Source: Trichodelitschia bisporula
Taxonomy: Eukaryota
Direction of reading: 5' to 3'
Length of the DNA: 38,073 nucleotides
NCBI GenBank assembly: GCA_010356995.1
Contig: ML996687.1
Location: 1,985,803 to 2,023,875 of the forward strand
Part shown: piece by piece, positions 33,798 through 38,073 of the stretch
Numbering within the stretch: the stretch's first letter is position 1
How the letters are laid out: each line of letters begins with the position of its first letter
Made by a program: the position numbers and the translations under genes
Notes under the pieces: generated by a model
The model's database searches: none
Seen by the model: the letters and a program-made list of their open reading frames with translations, nothing else
Told to the model about the DNA's origin: nothing

Positions 33798-36149
33798 CTA
33801 TCGCCGGTGTCCCACCTCTTCGCCCTCATCAACTTCCTCTACCCGCACCAAAACCTCCTCTAAAAAGCCCTCAAGGAAGCCCTCGACCCCGTCGCCCATT
33901 CCGACTGGTGCCTGGGCATCCCACTCATCGATCTCCGCCACCAGACGACACACGCGCCCAACCAGTCGCTGGATGTTTTCGTGTGCTGATTGTAGTCGCT
34001 GCGCTTCAGCCGCGGACGGGCCTTCTCCATTATCGTCCGCCAGAGTCAGCCCAGCTTGCTCGGCGGCCGTTTGCGCAAGCACACTGCTCAGCTTGTGTGT
34101 GCGGCGCTGGAGGGCGGATTCGAGCGCGGGAATCACGACCGAGGTCAGTGCGGTTGGTTCTTGAGAGTTATTGCTGCCGTTGCTGTTGCCATTACTGTGG
34201 GATGGAGAGGGCGGGAAAGGGGCTGGCTCGTCGTACATCTGGTACGCCGGCTGCAGGGGGTTGCTCCACTCCGCGGGAGACGGGCTCGGGTACGACTGAC
34301 GGGCCGGCGAAGGGAAGGCAGGTGCCAACGGCTGCGGGAGCGAGTGTGACGGCGACATGAACCCGTGCGGAGACTGGGGAAATCCGTGGGGCAGTGGTTT
34401 CTGTACGGGGGACTGCGGTGTGATTTGAATCTGCGTCGGCTGTCCAGCCACAGCCTTGCGGGCGATGCCAACCTGAGCAAACGGTTTGTCGGCGAATGAT
34501 GGGAGAGGTTGTTGTGGGATGGACAGCGGAGAGGTAGGGGGAACTGGCGCCGGACGAAGGGGGAGTGTGCTCTGGACAAATGTGGTTTGGATGGCCGTTT
34601 GAGGTCCAGCTTGGATGGGTACGCCGGATTGTTCAGGCAGCCCAGAGAGTGGTACCCCTGTTTGAACTGGCAGCCCGGCCTTGGGGAACTGAATGGGCAA
34701 AGGGGACTGAACACCGGGCTGTGTGTGAGAAAGGGTCGACTGAGCATCGGGGTGGGCCAGCTGGTCGGACTCCCCTACCGGCACTCCGCCTGGCGTGCGC
34801 AGAAAGTGCTGCTCTAGAGGCGTAATGTCACGTATCCGCATCGCCGGATCTGGCTTGCGTTCCGGCGTCTGCGGCCCTTTGACTGGACTCGGCGGCAGCG
34901 GCACGTCCTCCGGCTCGGTCTTCGGCCTGCGCAGTGCCAGCACTGGGCTCCCCTTGAGATCTAGGCTCGACAGGCTGCGTGACGAGATGCGTACTGTGCG
35001 CCCAGACGGGACGCGCGCGCCACGCTCTCCACGTTCACCACGCTTCCGTGGAGAGCCAAGCTCCTCCGCCGGCAGACGTGACAGCTGACGCGCGTTTGCC
35101 GCCGCGTCATTGAGCGCCTTTAGGCCCGGGCCGCGCGTCGGTGACGTCAAGCTCGCGCGCGCTCGTGGGCCTACTGTCGGCCGGATGGTCCCAAAGTCCC
35201 AGAGATCATCTTGCCCTGGCGACCGCCGTTCCGGCGGCGAGCTCATGTCGTCGTACTCATCATCTGCCGCGCCGCTCTCCCGCTGTACCACCTGCCACCG
35301 CTCATAGCGCTCAATCAGCTCTGTGAGGTACTGGCTCTTCTTCGCACGCCGCACAAATGGATGCCGTAATAGATCTCGCGCCGATGGCCGCTCGCGCGGC
35401 TCCTTGCGCAGACATTTGTCGACAAAGTCCTTGAAGACGGGCGAAAAATGCGTACCGTTAAGCACTGGCGGAGCGTTCTTCGGAATGAGGAAGAGGACCT
35501 TCATTGGATGGATGTCCGCGTACGGCGGCTCTCCATTCGCCAGCTCTAGCGCCGTGATGCCCAGTGACCAGATGTCTGCCTTGTGGTCGTACCCGCTCTG
35601 CTTGATCACTTCTGGCGCCATCCAGAACGGCGTGCCCACGAACGTATTCTTCTTTGTCATCGTCTGCGACAACTGCCCCGACACCCCAAAGTCGGCCAAC
35701 TTGACCTGCCCCTCCGCCGTGAGCAGAATGTTGGCTGCCTTGATGTCGCGGTGCAGTTTATTGTCCGAGTGGAGGTACTCTAACCCCATGAGCAGCTCTC
35801 GCACGATGATCGAAATGTACTCCTCCGGAATCAGCCCCGGCCGCATGAGATCACTGCAGCTGCCCCCGGCGCAAAACTCCATGACAATCCACAAGTCGGA
35901 CCCTTTTAGGAACGAGCCATAATATCGGGTCACGAATGGCGAGTTGAGCTCCGACAGAATGGATATCTCCTGGATAATGTCGTCGACCTCGTCCTCGGCG
36001 TTCTCGACGTCGATAATCTTGATTGCTACCGCCTGCCCGGTGCGCTTGTCCACTGCCTTGTAGACCTTGCCGAAGCTGCCGCCGCCGATGCAGTTCTGCT
36101 TTGTGTAGAGCGTGTCGGGATCGACAAGCCCCATCGCGTCCATGACCAT
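33798..36149 (-). CDS. STE20-family GCK-III Ser/Thr kinase (MST3/STK24-like; N. crassa MST-1/Sordaria KIN24 type), ~783 aa
   Basis: First ATG at 36149 (CACAATGG). Kinase motifs GGGSFGKVYK, AIK, HRDIKAAN, DFG and GTPFWMAPE; Pro/Gln-rich linker; C-terminal helical domain (VVIPALESAL...EGFLEGFLEEVL). Probable 5'-UTR intron at 36268-36312. Confidence 0.9.
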   Translation of the reverse strand: MVMDAMGLVDPDTLYTKQNCIGGGSFGKVYKAVDKRTGQAVAIKIIDVENAEDEVDDIIQEISILSELNSPFVTRYYGSFLKGSDLWIVMEFCAGGSCSDLMRPGLIPEEYISIIVRELLMGLEYLHSDNKLHRDIKAANILLTAEGQVKLADFGVSGQLSQTMTKKNTFVGTPFWMAPEVIKQSGYDHKADIWSLGITALELANGEPPYADIHPMKVLFLIPKNAPPVLNGTHFSPVFKDFVDKCLRKEPRERPSARDLLRHPFVRRAKKSQYLTELIERYERWQVVQRESGAADDEYDDMSSPPERRSPGQDDLWDFGTIRPTVGPRARASLTSPTRGPGLKALNDAAANARQLSRLPAEELGSPRKRGERGERGARVPSGRTVRISSRSLSSLDLKGSPVLALRRPKTEPEDVPLPPSPVKGPQTPERKPDPAMRIRDITPLEQHFLRTPGGVPVGESDQLAHPDAQSTLSHTQPGVQSPLPIQFPKAGLPVQTGVPLSGLPEQSGVPIQAGPQTAIQTTFVQSTLPLRPAPVPPTSPLSIPQQPLPSFADKPFAQVGIARKAVAGQPTQIQITPQSPVQKPLPHGFPQSPHGFMSPSHSLPQPLAPAFPSPARQSYPSPSPAEWSNPLQPAYQMYDEPAPFPPSPSHSNGNSNGSNNSQEPTALTSVVIPALESALQRRTHKLSSVLAQTAAEQAGLTLADDNGEGPSAAEAQRLQSAHENIQRLVGRVCRLVAEIDEWDAQAPVGMGDGVEGFLEGFLEEVLVRVEEVDEGEEVGHRR

Positions 36150-36837
36150 TGTGAAGCTGACGCTTTGGCGAGGGTCGCAGTGTAGGGAGGGCGTCGCAGC
36201 GTGTGGAGCGTGGAGAGCGCAGCAGCGTAGAGTGGCGAAAGACGCACCTCTTCGTGGTTGTGAAGGTCTGAACAGGTCAAACAACAAACAACACCCTGCG
36301 AGCAGCACGTACCAGCAGATTGCTCCCCGCAATGCGCAATCCCCGTCAATAGGCCGCGTGCTATACCCCCGAGACGCCGTTGACCGCCCAGCGCGTACGG
36401 CGTCAACAACGGCGGAACGGCAGCGGCAACGTTGACAACAGTGAAGGGGCGTGAAGAAACGGCTGCAGTACGGCCGCTGTGTCGTATGCGTCGGTGGGTC
36501 AACGGCACTTGTTACAGACAAAGGCGAAGGGCATGGTTGGTCTTCTCGTCGTCGTCATAGTCTGGGGTGCGTTGCTGTGTCAATCTCACTATGTTGTGTT
36601 TGGCCTGCGCCACGGTTCGTTCCTGCCCAGTTTCGTGGCACAGGCGGATGAAGGTGGCGTGGGCCAGGGAGGGGCGGGGCGGGGCGGAGCGGGCTGGTTG
36701 CGATTCGGTAAATAGTATGCGCCGCCACAGGAGCTCCAGCACGTGCCATGGTAGGTCAATGTGATATTTGAGTAACTATACGGACTCCCTGGACACGATA
36801 CCCGAGGGCCGCTCAACCGCACCAACAACGGACACCA

Positions 36838-37743
36838 TCATGTGCGCCTGTTCATTTTGGACAGCTTGCGATTCACAGCATCGCGGTCCCACTCGTCAAC
36901 GCGCCCGCCAGCCAGCCCGCGCGGGTCGGCGTTGCTCGCGTCCCTCTCGAACCACGAGCGCTTCTCGCGCTGCTCTGCGCTCGGCGTTGCGGCGCGGTAC
37001 GCCTCCTTGAGCTTCTCCCACCCACGCGTGCTGCCCACGTCCTCGGCCACGGGCTGCCCCGTCCCCAACAGGCAGGAAAAGGTCTTCGTCGAGTCCGCGC
37101 GGCCCTCGACTGTCATGACGTGCTCCCAGTTGTCGCCAAAGTCGTACGTGTAGGCGAGCTGCTTGCCTGGGGCTGTCAGCGGCGTCGGAACGTGCGGAGG
37201 GCTCACCGCGGTACTTGGCGTCATCAAACAGCTGGTACAAGGGAAAGGTGTCGGCCTTTTTCTCGACGGTGTGTGGGTGCTTGCGCCCGCCCTCGTGCAT
37301 GCGGTCGATGGCCGCAAAATTGCTCCGCTCGGCGGGGTCCACGACGCGCAGCTCGTACTCGCGCTGCGCCGATGCGTCGCTGCCACCGTTCTGGTGCCGC
37401 ATGATTATGGCCATCATGTCGTCCTGGTTGACGTTGTATGTGGGGTCGACGACGGCAAAGTCAAACGAGTACGTCGAGGCCACCCAAACGCCAGCTGCAG
37501 CGCTTGGTGCAGCGCGTAAAACTTCTCGTTGGCGGGGCATGACAGTGTGCGCACCACGGCCGGGCTGCGAGTGTCGTTGGGCGCGAGGTGGAACTTGATG
37601 ATATAGTTGGGGCGCGTGTAGCGGTCCTTGTGCGTGCTCCACGCCGCCTTTTGGCACCCATACAGGGCATGTGGCCATTTGACATGGGAGAGATGGTATC
37701 CTCCCATGACACAACCCCCCCTCTTGAGAGAAGGCGAGCTCAT
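36838..37743 (-). pseudogene. MYND-like zinc finger plus pRiA4b-Orf3/MM3350-like domain gene, frameshifted
   Basis: ATG 37743 reads ...CQKAAWSTHKDRYTRPNY...VRTLSCPA..FYALHQALQLAFGW. A 1-nt deletion near 37480 switches frame to (A)STYSFDF. Intron 37167-37206 then leads to YTYDFGDNWEH and AEDVGSTRGW, stop at 36838. Confidence 0.65.
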
Positions 37744-38073
37744 GTAAGCCCTATGCTCTGCAGGCGATTTCCGCAAGGACATCCGCTTCCCACTTACCCC
37801 AAGTCTCCTTGTTGTTGTCAGGGGCGTGCAAAAGTGTGGAAGTCACGATGGGTATGATGCAGGCATGAACAAGTTACTTCCACAAAGATCTATCTGAAGG
37901 GCGAGCCGCCAGACTCTTGAGCAGATCGCGCTGCCGTCTGCCTAAGGCATGGCGGGGTGCGGGAAGGCTGGCGTGACGTGGCAGCAGCCGCGGGGGAAGA
38001 TCGTGGGGAGCCAATGAGGTTAAGGCCCGGCATTGGTCTCCCACGACACGATCCCCCCCTTAAGGGGCGAGCT

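Overview
Gene-dense, GC-rich window from a filamentous ascomycete (Pezizomycotina-type genes; short 40-69 nt GT..AG introns with CTRAY branch points). Left to right: 5' end of an M16-family zinc peptidase (partial, -), DSL1/ZW10 (+), an orphan coiled-coil ORF (+), a GPR1/FUN34/YaaH transporter (-), a HAD hydrolase (+), an IZH3-like PAQR protein (-), a gene-poor interval of about 4.5 kb, a Mug190-like SMP/C2 protein (+), a small secreted Ser/Ala-rich protein (+), IES1 (-), MCM7 (-), PEX1 (+), phosphomannomutase SEC53 (-), a decayed PD-(D/E)XK-like nuclease pseudogene (-), a GCK-III STE20 kinase (-) and a frameshifted MYND/pRiA4b-Orf3-like gene (-). The most unusual signal is in the 12.8-14.7 kb interval. 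It holds a ~186-nt foldback and, downstream of a CCAAT/TATA-like promoter and a candidate intron, a cluster of long pre-miRNA-like hairpins. Two of these are tandem 144-nt copies with an identical 30-nt 5' arm, plus-strand G-U pairing and a compensatory base-pair swap. This is a candidate undescribed structured non-coding RNA or milRNA cluster. All calls come from reading the sequence by eye; no searches or folding programs were run.
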